NCBI GenBank assembly: GCA_035630815.1
Contig: DASQJY010000044.1
Location: forward strand, 5,249-69,248
Length of the DNA stretch: 64,000 nucleotides
Direction of reading: 5' to 3'
From: Thermoanaerobaculia bacterium
GTDB lineage: Bacteria > Acidobacteriota > Thermoanaerobaculia > Gp7-AA8
Both the position numbers and the translations under genes were made by a program. Under the pieces are notes generated by a model. That model was given only the letters and a program-made list of their open reading frames with translations. It searched no databases and had not been told where the DNA came from. Of this stretch, positions 45,012 through 54,713 are shown piece after piece (within the stretch, counting starts at the first letter, position 1; every line of letters begins with the position of its first letter).

Positions 45012-46898
45012 CTACTTCGGCACCGCTTTCACGGCGGAGCTCTTGTCGCGCAACGACGCCGGCACCTGCGCCAGCGCCTGCTGGGCCTGGGCGCGGGAGT
45101 CGAAGTGCCCCCAGAACACGCGGTAGCAGGAGCGCTGGCCGAGGGTCTGGGGGACGAACCAGAGGTTCTCCCCTCCGTCCCGTATCGCCTTTTCGAGGTT
45201 GGCGGGATCGCAGAGGATCTGGATCTGCACCGTGTAGTTCCCGGTCGGGTTGGCCGCGTATTCACGGGCCATCGCGTCGATCCGCTCGCGGCCGGCGGGG
45301 ACGCGCGCGGTGACGCGCGGCAGGGCCTGGCTGGTGCTGGTCGCCGGCGGCGCCGCCGTGATCTGCATCGGCGCCGGAGGGGCTGCTGCCGCGGTGGTCG
45401 TGGTCGTGGCCGCGGGCGCCGGATTGATCACCGCCGGGGCCGGCGCGGTCTCGGTGACGGTCCCGGTAGGCGTGATGACGGCCGGCGCCGCGGCGGCAGT
45501 GCTGGTCGTTTCCGTGGCTGGAATCGCGGGAGGAGTCGTGGCCAGCGGTGCGGCTCCCGGATCGCGGCGCGCCGGCCGCTGCGCGACGAGGTTGTCTCCG
45601 CTCTCCTGCCGCCTCTGCCACCAGAGGAAGCCGAAATAGCCGGCCGCTCCGAGGATGGCGATCGTGAGCAGCGCCAGCACGAGACCGTAACGGCCGCGCT
45701 TCGCCTCCGGCTCCGGAACGGACCTCGCGGCCGCCGGTGCGGCGGCCGGGATCTCCGCGCGGCGGGCGGTCTCGAGCTGCGCTTCGTCGAAGCCCCAGCT
45801 CGGCTCCTCTTCCGCTTCAGCGGGGGCCTCGACGGACGTCTGCACCGGCACCGACCGCGCGTCGCGCGGCGGCGTGTCCCAGGTCGGCATCGGGGCGGGT
45901 GTCGCCCCCACCGGCTCCGGCTCGAGCGGCAGCTCGTCCGGCTCGTCCCAGACCGAGGCGGCCGGCAGCGGAGCCTCGTCCGCCATCTGGTGCGGCAGCG
46001 GCTCGACCGCCGTGTCGTCGAGCGAGAGCCCCGGCATCGTCGGCGCCTGCGCGAACGCATCCATCTCTTCGTCCGCGGTGTCCAGCTCGAACTCCGGCGT
46101 GGCCGCCACCGCGGGAGCGGGATCGTTCCAGAGATCCGCGGCGTCGGCGACTCCCGCCGTGGCGAAGTCGTCGAGCGCAAACTGAGGTTCTGCCTGAGGT
46201 TTTTCGGCACGGCTGAGGATCCGGAGGATCGACAGCGCGTGCAGCAGCTTGTAGACGTTGAACGTGTCGCGGTTCGAAGCCGTGGCGACTTCCCCCGCCG
46301 TCTTCGTGCCGTCGATCTCCACCGCGATCGCCTCGGCGTCCTCATTCAGGCCGAGGCGGCGCCAGACATCGTCGAAGTCAGCCGTCTTCGTGAAGACGGC
46401 CTCGCCGCCGTCGAGCACCTGCTCGAAGCGGGCGCGGTCCTGCTCCGTGACGATCAGCTCGACCAGCACCTGCGGCAGCGGGAAGAGCGTCCCCTCGTCG
46501 CGCTTGGGCAGGTAGTCGGCCACGATGGTGAACGAGCCGTCGGTCCAGGCGGCGATGGAGCGGATGACCCCGACCACCTGGACGCGGCGGGCCCAGGTCA
46601 GCTCCTTCCGGGTGATGAAGCCGAGGTTGAGCAGCGCGTCGCCGAGGGTCTCGGACTCCTTCCGCTTCGCCAGCGCCTGCTTCACGTGCTCGCGCGAGAC
46701 CTTCCCCGCGCGCATCAGGATCTCGTCGATGCTGTCGGAGCGGTCGTTCGTGCTCGCCGACAGGATGTCGCCACCCTTGAAATAGATGATCTTGATGATG
46801 CCGTCGTTCTCGAACCGGATCGCTCCGGTGAACTGCTCGCGCCACAGCTCCACGAGTCGTTCGATGAGTTGGATCTGGCCGATTTCGCCTTCCAGCAT
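45012..46898 (-). CDS. DUF4388 (PatA-N-like) domain, single-TM, C-terminal SPOR-domain protein
   Basis: N-terminal G.L..I.L..L...L..E..TG...F...G....I.F..G pattern, long Pro/Ala/Glu linker, TM YGLVLALLTIAILGAAGYFGFLWW. C-terminal YTVQIQILCD...CYRVFWGHFDSRAQAQQAL is SPOR-like. Confidence 0.68.
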   Translation of the reverse strand: MLEGEIGQIQLIERLVELWREQFTGAIRFENDGIIKIIYFKGGDILSASTNDRSDSIDEILMRAGKVSREHVKQALAKRKESETLGDALLNLGFITRKELTWARRVQVVGVIRSIAAWTDGSFTIVADYLPKRDEGTLFPLPQVLVELIVTEQDRARFEQVLDGGEAVFTKTADFDDVWRRLGLNEDAEAIAVEIDGTKTAGEVATASNRDTFNVYKLLHALSILRILSRAEKPQAEPQFALDDFATAGVADAADLWNDPAPAVAATPEFELDTADEEMDAFAQAPTMPGLSLDDTAVEPLPHQMADEAPLPAASVWDEPDELPLEPEPVGATPAPMPTWDTPPRDARSVPVQTSVEAPAEAEEEPSWGFDEAQLETARRAEIPAAAPAAARSVPEPEAKRGRYGLVLALLTIAILGAAGYFGFLWWQRRQESGDNLVAQRPARRDPGAAPLATTPPAIPATETTSTAAAAPAVITPTGTVTETAPAPAVINPAPAATTTTTAAAAPPAPMQITAAPPATSTSQALPRVTARVPAGRERIDAMAREYAANPTGNYTVQIQILCDPANLEKAIRDGGENLWFVPQTLGQRSCYRVFWGHFDSRAQAQQALAQVPASLRDKSSAVKAVPK

Positions 46899-46973
46899 TG
46901 CTGCCCCGCCCCTTCTTCCGCTTACTGTCCGTTATGGACGGCGCGGATTATCGCATCTGCGGCGAGCTTCATT

Positions 46974-47133
46974 GTTGTCGGTTGTCAGTTGTCGGTTGTC
47001 TGCGCCTTTATGGCGTTGGGCCTTAGGCGTTGGGCCTTTGGGGTGTTTCGGCTTCGGGAGCACACCCCAAACGTTTAAAGCCAAACGCCTAAAGCCCTAC
47101 TCCACAGACAACCGACAACTGACAACCGACAAC
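46974..47133. repeat. nested two-tier heptamer hairpin element
   Basis: Outer perfect arms are GTTGTCG GTTGTCA GTTGTCG GTTGTCT (46974-47001) and AGACAAC CGACAAC TGACAAC CGACAAC (47106-47133). Inner imperfect arms are built from GGCGTTG GGCCTTA units around the loop TTCGGCTTCGGGAG. Confidence 0.92.
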
Positions 47134-47137
47134 ACCG

Positions 47138-48994
47138 TCACCCCGCATGCAGCTCATCAAACAACGACTGCCCCACCTTCCGCCCCAGCACGTTCATCAG
47201 GTCCTGCGCGCTGGCCTGGCGGATGGCGCTGACGCTGCCGAAGCGTTCCAGGAGGAGGCGTTTGCGCTTGCCGCCGATGCCCGGGAGGTCGTCCAGCTCG
47301 CTGTGCAGGGTGCGCTTGCTGCGCCTCCGGCGATGGGAGGCGACGGAGAAACGGTGGGTCTCGTCGCGGACCATCTGCAGGAGCTGCAGCGCCGGGTCGC
47401 GCTTCTCGAGGCGGAGCGGCTCGTCGCGATCGGGGACGTAGATCTCCTCCTCCCGCTTCGCCAGGCCGGCGATCGGGATCTCCTCGATGCCGAGCTTGTG
47501 CAGCGCCGCCAGCGCGGCGTTGAGCTGCCCGCGGCCGCCGTCGATGAGGATCAGGTCCGGCAGCTCCTTGTTGTCCTCCAGCACCCGGCGGTAGCGGCGG
47601 TCCACCGCCTCCGCGATGGACCGGAAGTCGTCCGCGCCGATCACCGTCTTGATGTTGAAGATCCGGTACTGGTTCTTGTCGAACTTGCCGCGGTCCATCA
47701 CCACCATGCCGGCCACGGAATCGCTCCCCTGGATGTTGGAGATGTCGAACGACTCGATCTTCTGGATCTCGCGGTCGGCCCAGCCGGTGGCCTGGCTCAG
47801 GATCGTGCCGAGACGCTGTCCGGCGATCTGCAGGCGGTCCTGGGTCGACTTGCGGAACCGCGACTCGTGCGACAGCCGCGCGTTGCGGTTCGCGAGGTCG
47901 ATCCGGTCGACGCCGCGCCCGCGCTGCGGCACGCGCACCTGCGTCTTCCGGTTGGCCTGCCTGGCCAGCCACTCCGTCAGCAGGTCCTTCTCCTCCACCT
48001 CGAACGGCACCAGGATCTCCTGCGGGATGAAGAGGTTGTCCTGGTAGTAGCGCTGGAGGATCTCGCTGAGGAAGTAGCCCTGCTGGTAGTCCGCGACCTT
48101 CTCCCAGAATAGCTCCCGCCGGTCGACGACGTTTCCGCCGCGGATGACGAAGAGCTGCACCGCGACGTCGCTCCCCTCCTCGTACAGCCCCCAGACGTCC
48201 ATGTCCTCGTCTTCTGCCGAGGCCACCTGCTGCTCTGCCTGGATGCGCTCCACGGTGCGGATCAGGTCCCTGTAGTACGTCGCGAGCTCGAAGTTCTCCC
48301 CCTCGGCCGCCCGGTGCATGCGATCGCTGAGGCGCGACTGCAGCTCCTTCGTCTTCCCGCCGAGGAAGAGGACCACGTCGTCCACCATCTCGCGATAGAG
48401 GTCCGTCGTGGTCAGCCCGACCACGCACGGGCCGAGGCACTGGTGCATGTCGTAGTACAGGCAGGGGCGCACGAGCGCGTTCTTCCCTTCCCGGATGTCG
48501 AGGTCGCAACTGCGTAGCTTGAACTGGTCGGCGACCAGCTTGAGGATGCGCCGCGCCGTTCCGGCGAAGAAGGGTCCGAAGAAGAGGTCCCCTTTCTTCC
48601 GGTCCATCCGCCGGGTGAACACCACCCGCGGGTAGTCCTCGGACATCGTGACTTTGAGATACGGGTAGCTCTTGTCGTCCCGGAGGAGGATGTTGTAGCG
48701 GGGCTGGTGCCCTTTGATGAGGTTGTTCTCGAGGAGGATCGCCTCGAGCTCGTTGTTCGTGGTGACGAAGTCGATCGCGTCGATCTCGTTGATCAGCGTC
48801 ATCGTCTTCGCGTCGCGCGCGCCGCGGCCCGCGATGTACGAGGTGACGCGGTTCTTCAGGTTCCGCGCTTTGCCGACGTAGATGACCTCTCCCGCCGCGT
48901 TCTTGTGCAGGTAGACCCCGGGCCGGTCAGGAATCTCTTTGAGGCGCTCTTTGAGCCGATCGAGGCGGACGGACATCAGGAGGCGGTACAACAA
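47138..48994 (-). CDS. uvrC: excinuclease ABC subunit C
   Basis: GIY-YIG (GVYLHKNAAGEVIYVGKARNLKNRV), UvrB-interacting and RNase H-like endonuclease regions, and C-terminal (HhH)2. Confidence 0.95.
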   Translation of the reverse strand: MLYRLLMSVRLDRLKERLKEIPDRPGVYLHKNAAGEVIYVGKARNLKNRVTSYIAGRGARDAKTMTLINEIDAIDFVTTNNELEAILLENNLIKGHQPRYNILLRDDKSYPYLKVTMSEDYPRVVFTRRMDRKKGDLFFGPFFAGTARRILKLVADQFKLRSCDLDIREGKNALVRPCLYYDMHQCLGPCVVGLTTTDLYREMVDDVVLFLGGKTKELQSRLSDRMHRAAEGENFELATYYRDLIRTVERIQAEQQVASAEDEDMDVWGLYEEGSDVAVQLFVIRGGNVVDRRELFWEKVADYQQGYFLSEILQRYYQDNLFIPQEILVPFEVEEKDLLTEWLARQANRKTQVRVPQRGRGVDRIDLANRNARLSHESRFRKSTQDRLQIAGQRLGTILSQATGWADREIQKIESFDISNIQGSDSVAGMVVMDRGKFDKNQYRIFNIKTVIGADDFRSIAEAVDRRYRRVLEDNKELPDLILIDGGRGQLNAALAALHKLGIEEIPIAGLAKREEEIYVPDRDEPLRLEKRDPALQLLQMVRDETHRFSVASHRRRRSKRTLHSELDDLPGIGGKRKRLLLERFGSVSAIRQASAQDLMNVLGRKVGQSLFDELHAG

Positions 48995-49009
48995 CTTTCG
49001 ACCCCGCTG

Positions 49010-49996
49010 TCATCCTGACAGTTTTACCTTCTGCACCGCCTTCCACGCCGCGTCCTGGATCGCCCGCGCATCCTCGGGGGTCGGGTTCTGCTCGCGCAGG
49101 GCGTCGTCATACACCTCGCTCTTTACCGCCAGGTGCTTGAACTGATACGGAGCCCCGTGCGCCGGCTTGTTGTAGATGAACGAGTAGACGGTGCAGGCGA
49201 CGAGGTATGCACCGAACGCGTCCTGGTGCACGCCGTCCCAGTCGAGGCGCTTGAAACGCCCGCGGGAGGTGAGGTCGGTCCACGCCAGCCCCACCGGCAC
49301 GACCGGCATGTTCAGCCGCTTCGCCGACTCGAGGGCGGCGGCGTTGTGCGCGGCCGGGCTCTCGCTGCGCCACACCATGTAGAACAGCGGTTGCGCTCCG
49401 CTCTTGCGCACCGCGGCCGTGAAGCGCCCGAGGTAATCGTTGAAGAGCGCCGCGTTCCGGGTCGGGCCGACTCCACCGCCGCCGCCCTGAATCAACACGT
49501 AATCCCAGTGCTCGACCCACAGCTTGCGCAGCGCCTCGGTGTCGTTCCAGAGTTGCTCCAGCGAGACGCCGCTGCGGGTGACGGCGTCGACGCGCAGCGG
49601 ACGCGGCTCGCGCGCACCGACCTCCCGCGTCATGGCCGGAATCTCGTTGTAGTAGACGAGGCTGTTGCCGAGGTAGAGGACCGAGATGACCTTCGGATCG
49701 CGCGGCTTGCGGGTGACGGTGCGGGTGGCGTACTCCGCCTTGCGAAGCGCCGGGCAATGCGCCTTGTAGCCCCGCAACGTAGCCGCGGCCGGCGCGAGCT
49801 TCGGCATCGCCTTCGTGACTTGCGGGCAGCCGCTGTGGTGGAACACGTGGGCCGCTTCGTCGATGAAGACCCGGTCGGGAAGCCGCTCGCGGAAGGTCAC
49901 GGAGGTGTCGCTGGTCCGGACGATCTCGATCTTCGGCTCGTCCGCGAAGGCAGCTGCGGACGTGGCGAGCAGGAAAGCCAGCAGGAGTTTACGCAT
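49010..49996 (-). CDS. secreted SGNH/GDSL-like hydrolase family protein (tentative)
   Basis: Signal peptide and LYLGNSLVYYN (block I-like GNS). DWDGVHQD may be the block V DxxH equivalent. Confidence 0.5.
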   Translation of the reverse strand: MRKLLLAFLLATSAAAFADEPKIEIVRTSDTSVTFRERLPDRVFIDEAAHVFHHSGCPQVTKAMPKLAPAAATLRGYKAHCPALRKAEYATRTVTRKPRDPKVISVLYLGNSLVYYNEIPAMTREVGAREPRPLRVDAVTRSGVSLEQLWNDTEALRKLWVEHWDYVLIQGGGGGVGPTRNAALFNDYLGRFTAAVRKSGAQPLFYMVWRSESPAAHNAAALESAKRLNMPVVPVGLAWTDLTSRGRFKRLDWDGVHQDAFGAYLVACTVYSFIYNKPAHGAPYQFKHLAVKSEVYDDALREQNPTPEDARAIQDAAWKAVQKVKLSG

Positions 49997-50612
49997 CGAG
50001 GCTCCTCAGGAGCTCTCCCGCAGCGGTGCGGAACGGGTCCGTCCACTCGTGCCCGCCTTCGAAGACGCAGCGCGTGACTCGCGTCGTCGCTTCGAGATAG
50101 CTCAGGTCTTTGTTGAGCTTTTCCTCAGAGTACCACTCGTCGCGCGTCCCACGGCCGAGGAGCACCGGCGGCAGCGTGACGCCGGGATCGGCGTGAATCT
50201 CGGGAGGGATGTCGCCGCCGAGCAGGATGAGACCGGCCGGTTTCGCAGCGTACGCGGCAGCCCGTGCGGCCATCGCTGCCCCCTGCGAGAAGCCGGCGAA
50301 CACGAGCGTGCGAGGAGGCGGCAGCGCGGCGAGGATGCGCCGGACGTAGGCGATGTTGTCGGCGATCGCCACCTCGCGGTCGAGGCCGGTCATCCAGCTC
50401 GCCACGATGCTCTGCGTCCGCGTATAGAAAGGATGCAGCGCCTGCACCGCCACCACCGACCAGCGCTCGACCCCGGGGATCCGTTCCAGCTCCGCCAGGT
50501 GCGCCGTCGCGTCCTCCCCATACCCGTGAAAGCCGACCAGCAGCCGTTCCGTGCCGCGGTCTTCGTAAAGGTAACGCCCGTGAACCGAGGTCTCGATCGT
50601 CTGGATTTTCAT
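49989..50612 (-). CDS. alpha/beta hydrolase, phospholipase/carboxylesterase family
   Basis: Nucleophile elbow GFSQGAAMA. About 200 aa. A late GGHEW block supplies the His. Confidence 0.75.
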   Translation of the reverse strand: MKIQTIETSVHGRYLYEDRGTERLLVGFHGYGEDATAHLAELERIPGVERWSVVAVQALHPFYTRTQSIVASWMTGLDREVAIADNIAYVRRILAALPPPRTLVFAGFSQGAAMAARAAAYAAKPAGLILLGGDIPPEIHADPGVTLPPVLLGRGTRDEWYSEEKLNKDLSYLEATTRVTRCVFEGGHEWTDPFRTAAGELLRSLDA

Positions 50613-50677
50613 AGTCAGCGTGCTGACTGGTCAACACGTTGACGAGTCAGTCGGACGCTCATTGTATCTGGACGAAT

Positions 50678-50761
50678 GGTGTCAGGTGTCGGGTGTCAGG
50701 TGTCTGAGGCTTGTCGCCCGGGCGAAACATCCCAGACACCTGACACCTGACACCCGACACC
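50678..50761. repeat. heptamer-array hairpin element, GGTGTCA family
   Basis: Left arm GGTGTCA GGTGTCG GGTGTCA GGTGTCT GAGG. The loop contains the perfect palindrome TCGCCCGGGCGA. Right arm is CCCAGACACCTGACACCTGACACCCGACACC. Lies in a divergent promoter gap. Confidence 0.92.
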
Positions 50762-50779
50762 AACATTTCCCCGCTTAGA

Positions 50780-51535
50780 ATGCGCGGCGTGCATTTGATC
50801 GTCGTCGTCCCCTGCTTCAACGAAGAGCACCGGCTCCCCGTCGACGCCTTCCGCGCATTCGCGCCGGAAGGGTTGCGGGTCGAGTTCCTCTTCGTGAACG
50901 ACGGCAGCACCGACGGGACGCTGCGCCTCCTCGAATCGCTGCGCGCCGCCGATCCCGCGCGGAACTCCGTCCTCGACCTCGAGCGCAACAGCGGCAAGGC
51001 CGAAGCCGTCCGGCGCGGGATGCTCGCCGCCATCGAGCGGAAGCCGGACTACTTCGGCTTCTGGGATGCCGACCTGGCCACCCCCCTCGGCGAGATCCCG
51101 GCCTTCCTCCAGGTGTTCGGCAACCGTCCCGAGATCGAGATGGTCTTCGCCGCCCGGGTCCGCCTCCTCGGCCGCTCCATCAGCCGCAACCCCGGCCGCC
51201 ACTACTTCGGCCGCGTCGGCGCCACCCTCATCTCCTCATCCCTCGGGCTGGCCGTATACGACACGCAATGCGGCGCGAAGCTATTCCGCACCAGCGACCC
51301 CATCCGCGAGCTCTTCGCCGAGCCGTTCATCTCGCGCTGGATCTTCGACGTCGAGATCATTGCCCGCCTCGTCCGGCAGCGCGGCCGCGACGCCGCCGCC
51401 CGCGCGATCTACGAGCTCCCGATCATGACCTGGCACGACGTCAAAGGCTCGAAGGTGAAATCGACCGACTTCGGCCACGCGCTCAAGGACCTCTGGAAGA
51501 TTCATCGCGCATACAATCCCCGCCGCAATGACTGA
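50780..51535 (+). CDS. glycosyltransferase family 2 (dolichyl-phosphate glucosyltransferase-like)
   Basis: VVVPCFNEE, FVNDGSTDGT, WDADLATP (DxD) and YDTQCGAKLF blocks. Confidence 0.85.
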   Translation: MRGVHLIVVVPCFNEEHRLPVDAFRAFAPEGLRVEFLFVNDGSTDGTLRLLESLRAADPARNSVLDLERNSGKAEAVRRGMLAAIERKPDYFGFWDADLATPLGEIPAFLQVFGNRPEIEMVFAARVRLLGRSISRNPGRHYFGRVGATLISSSLGLAVYDTQCGAKLFRTSDPIRELFAEPFISRWIFDVEIIARLVRQRGRDAAARAIYELPIMTWHDVKGSKVKSTDFGHALKDLWKIHRAYNPRRND

Positions 51536-52802
51536 CGTCCTGACTCGCGTCACCGACGCCTCCCTCTCCTCGCTCGCGCAACACCTGATCGGATCCGAAG
51601 TGCTGAAGGTCTCCCGGGAGGTCACGGCGCTGATCCGCTCCGGCCGCTCCGTGGCCAACCTCACCGTCGGCGACTTCTCGCCGAAGCAGTTCGGGATCCC
51701 CGAACCGCTCCGCGACCTGATCGTGAAAAACCTGCTCGCCGGCGAGACGAACTACCCGCCGTCCGAAGGGACGCTCGCCCTGAGGGAGAGCGTGGCGCGG
51801 TTCTTCCGGGAGCAGCTCGGCCTCACCTATCCCGTCGAATCGATCATGATCGCCGGCGGCGCGCGCCCGATCATCTACGCCGCGTATCAGGCGGTCGTCG
51901 ATCCCGGCGACAAGGTCATCTACCCGACCCCGTCGTGGAACAACAACCATTACACCTACCTGGCCGGCGGCGTGCCGGTCGAGCTGGTCGTCGGCGCGGA
52001 CACGAACTTCATGCCCACCGCGGAGATGATCCGCCCGCACGTCCGCGACGCGCGGCTGATCGCCGTCTGCACCCCCCTCAATCCGACCGGCACGGTCATG
52101 GCCAAGAGCGAGGTCGAAGCGATCGCCACGCTCGTGGTCGAGGAGAACGAGCGCCGCCGCGGCACCGGCGACCGCCCGCTGTATTTATTGTGGGACCAGG
52201 TCTACTGGATGCTCACCTTCGGCTACAACAAGCACTACGCGCCGCCGCAGGTGGTGCCGGAATCCGCCGCGTACACGATCTTCGTGGACGGCATCTCCAA
52301 GGCGCTGGCCGCGACCGGCATCCGGGTCGGCTGGACGGTCGCCCCGCCCGCCGTCACCGCACGCATGTCCGACATCCTCGGCCACATCGGCGCCTGGGCT
52401 CCCCGGGCAGAGCAATTGGCCGTGGCGCAGTTCCTGACACAGCACGACGACATCGCCGCCTTCCACGACACGATGATCCGCGAGCTCCGCCTCCGTCTCG
52501 ACACCCTCTATGACGGCCTCATGGCCATGAAACGCGACGGCCTCCCGGTCGACGCGATCGCGCCGCAGGGGGCGATCTACCTCTCCGCCCAGTTCCACCT
52601 GCTCGACCGGTTTCGCACCAACGAAGAGATCCGCGTGTTCCTCCTCAACGAAGCCGGTTTCGCCGTCGTCCCCTTCCAGGCCTTCGGCCTCAAACAGGAA
52701 GACGGCTGGTTCCGCCTGAGCGCCGGAGCAGTGAGCGTGCCCGATTGCGTGGAAGGCCTGCAGCGCGTGCGCGAAGCGCTGACGGCAGTCGCGCACTCGT
52801 AA
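51528..52802 (+). CDS. PLP-dependent aminotransferase, class I/II
   Basis: NYPPSEG, PSWNNN and PLP lysine block DGISKALAATGIRVGW. 8-nt overlap with the GT2 gene. Confidence 0.85.
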   Translation: MTDVLTRVTDASLSSLAQHLIGSEVLKVSREVTALIRSGRSVANLTVGDFSPKQFGIPEPLRDLIVKNLLAGETNYPPSEGTLALRESVARFFREQLGLTYPVESIMIAGGARPIIYAAYQAVVDPGDKVIYPTPSWNNNHYTYLAGGVPVELVVGADTNFMPTAEMIRPHVRDARLIAVCTPLNPTGTVMAKSEVEAIATLVVEENERRRGTGDRPLYLLWDQVYWMLTFGYNKHYAPPQVVPESAAYTIFVDGISKALAATGIRVGWTVAPPAVTARMSDILGHIGAWAPRAEQLAVAQFLTQHDDIAAFHDTMIRELRLRLDTLYDGLMAMKRDGLPVDAIAPQGAIYLSAQFHLLDRFRTNEEIRVFLLNEAGFAVVPFQAFGLKQEDGWFRLSAGAVSVPDCVEGLQRVREALTAVAHS

Positions 52803-52988
52803 CGGCACTCGCGACCACCGCACCTACGCCGCCCTGCTGCCGAAGGCTGCTCAAGATCTGTAGCCGCCGGCTTCAGCCGGGGGTATGGGTCGGTTCGTGC
52901 TCGAGCCCGCAAAGCGGGCGACAGAACGTCTGCCACTCGAGCTCGACTCGCCAAGCCGGCCTGTGCCATTTAATGAATAGATTCCGTT

Positions 52989-53039
52989 GTTACATTTGTA
53001 ACTTTCCACTAGAAATGTCACTAGGCACCTCTCTATACT
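52989..53039 (+). promoter_or_regulatory. candidate operator palindrome plus sigma-70-like promoter in an AT-rich patch
   Basis: GTTACA-TT-TGTAAC (52989-53002), TAGAAA (53010-53015), 18-nt spacer, TATACT (53034-53039). This would give a leader of about 200 nt before the peptide gene. Confidence 0.25.
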
Positions 53040-53250
53040 GACGCCCATCAGGAACCATTGAGTTACACCCGTCGCGCACACCGGAGGGACGCTGGATCCG
53101 GACCTGTGTTCGCTGGTGCGTGAGGCGGATGACGCGGTGGTCCTGCGAGCCGGGGAAGGGATGGCACCGCTCCCCCCGGAGCAGTGGAGGGTGCTGTCGA
53201 AGTTCTCATCAACCATCAACTGCCTATTGATGTCTTCAGGAGAACCAAAC

Positions 53251-53460
53251 ATGGCCAGGAAATTCCGTTACTTCACGCTTCTCGCAGTTCTTGTCAGCGT
53301 AATCGGCTTCAACGTCGCGACGCCGCCGGCGGCCTACGCGATGGCCGCGACGCCATGCACCGACCGCTACAACGGTTGCATGTCGGGCGGCGGCGGTTAC
53401 AACTACTGCGACGGCATGTGGTGCGGTTGTATGTACTCGACCTACGGGTACGTCTGCTAG
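53251..53460 (+). CDS. secreted cysteine-rich small peptide (69-aa precursor; predicted 39-aa mature peptide with 6 Cys)
   Basis: SD AGGAG lies 8 nt upstream. Sec-type signal MARKFRYFTLLAVLVSVIGFNVATPPAAYA with an AYA cleavage motif. Mature part is MAATPCTDRYNGCMSGGGGYNYCDGMWCGCMYSTYGYVC. Confidence 0.6.
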   Translation: MARKFRYFTLLAVLVSVIGFNVATPPAAYAMAATPCTDRYNGCMSGGGGYNYCDGMWCGCMYSTYGYVC

Positions 53461-53491
53461 AGCAACTCCCGCCTGTCATTAGGCAGGCATT

Positions 53492-53511
53492 CCGGGATCG
53501 CCAGATCCCGG
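53492..53511 (+). terminator. short GC hairpin after the peptide gene (possible partial terminator)
   Basis: CCGGGATC-GCCA-GATCCCGG, a perfect 8-bp stem. No T-tract follows, so it is weak as an intrinsic terminator. Confidence 0.2.
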
Positions 53512-53645
53512 TCACCGCGGCGGCTGGGGAGATCCGTGGAGGCTTCGGCCCGAACGACTTCCCACCCGCCGCGCACTGACATCAGGGATGCCGCCGCTGC
53601 TACCGTCATGATTACCAATTGCTTTGCCATCAGGAGGTCGTCGAG

Positions 53646-54710
53646 ATGACGGAACGCCGTCTCGCCGTACGCAGTCTCGTTCTACTCGCGCTGCTCGTCG
53701 CCTGCAGCACCTGGACCGCCTGTCGCCGCGCCGAGGGACAGTGGCGCGGGAGCGTCGAACAGAAGGGGGGGACGAAGGTCGTCTCCAACGAAGGGGAGGG
53801 TCTCGACGCCGGCAAGGTCCGCGAAGAGCTCCGCCCGATCTGGAAGATCGGCGGCCAGCCCGGCCAGCCGGTGTTCTCGCTGGTCATGTGGGTGGAGCTC
53901 GACGCCGCCGGCAACGCATACGTTCTCGACTATCGCCCGCAGCAGATCACCAAGCTCACGCCCAACGGCACGGTGGCGGGACAGTTCGGCACGCGCGGCG
54001 AGCAGCCCGGTGGGCTCAGCAAGAGCCGGCGCATGGTCTGGGTCGACAAGAAGCTCTACTTCGCCAACGAGGGCAACGGCCGCATCGAAGTCCTCGGCGA
54101 GAACGGCGAGGTCTTTCCCCCCGTCGAGCTGCCGCAGGTGAAGAACCCCGGCGAGATCTTCTTCGCCAACGACCAGTTCTACGTCTCGCGCCGGTTCGTG
54201 CCGGACGGCTCGTTCATCCACGCGTACGACCGCAGCTGGAAGTTGAGCCGCGCCATCCGTCCCGCGGCACCGATGGCCGATCGCCTCGACGTGATCCGGT
54301 CGCACAACACCGTCTGCACCGCGCCGGACGGCATCTGGATCCTGCACATGCTGCTCAACCAGATCGTGAAAGTGGGCTGGGACGGCCAGGTGCTGCTCGA
54401 GACGTCTCGCGATCTCGACTGGAACTTCCCGAAGGACGAAAAGGGGCGCGTCATCCCCGAGCTCCTCGTGCACCGCGCGTGTGCCGTCGACCCGGCGGGC
54501 AACCTCTACGTCATCTACAGCAATCCCGAGGACTGGAAGCGCGGCAACGACGTCTACAAATTCGCGCCGGACGGCCGCCTGCGCCAGAAGGCCTTCACGC
54601 TGCCGGTCCACAACGCTTCGATGATGCGTTTCGACCGCGAGGGGAACTTCTACTTCGCGGACGGCACCTCGCTCACAAAGGCCAAAATCGAACGAATCGA
54701 GGAGAAGTAA
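53646..54710 (+). CDS. NHL-repeat six-bladed beta-propeller lipoprotein
   Basis: SD AGGAGG lies 8 nt upstream of ATG 53646. Lipobox LLVAC. Repeated G..G.F..P..v.vD..GN.YV.D type NHL blades (AAGNAYVLDY, KKLYFANEGNGRIEV, PAGNLYVIYS, REGNFYFADG). Confidence 0.75.
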   Translation: MTERRLAVRSLVLLALLVACSTWTACRRAEGQWRGSVEQKGGTKVVSNEGEGLDAGKVREELRPIWKIGGQPGQPVFSLVMWVELDAAGNAYVLDYRPQQITKLTPNGTVAGQFGTRGEQPGGLSKSRRMVWVDKKLYFANEGNGRIEVLGENGEVFPPVELPQVKNPGEIFFANDQFYVSRRFVPDGSFIHAYDRSWKLSRAIRPAAPMADRLDVIRSHNTVCTAPDGIWILHMLLNQIVKVGWDGQVLLETSRDLDWNFPKDEKGRVIPELLVHRACAVDPAGNLYVIYSNPEDWKRGNDVYKFAPDGRLRQKAFTLPVHNASMMRFDREGNFYFADGTSLTKAKIERIEEK

Positions 54711-54713
54711 GGC

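Noticed and set aside
52851-53252. 133-aa minus-strand ORF across the AT-rich leader upstream of the Cys-rich peptide gene
   Set aside because: No start context or motifs, and it crosses the only AT-rich promoter-like patch. More likely non-coding leader or promoter DNA.
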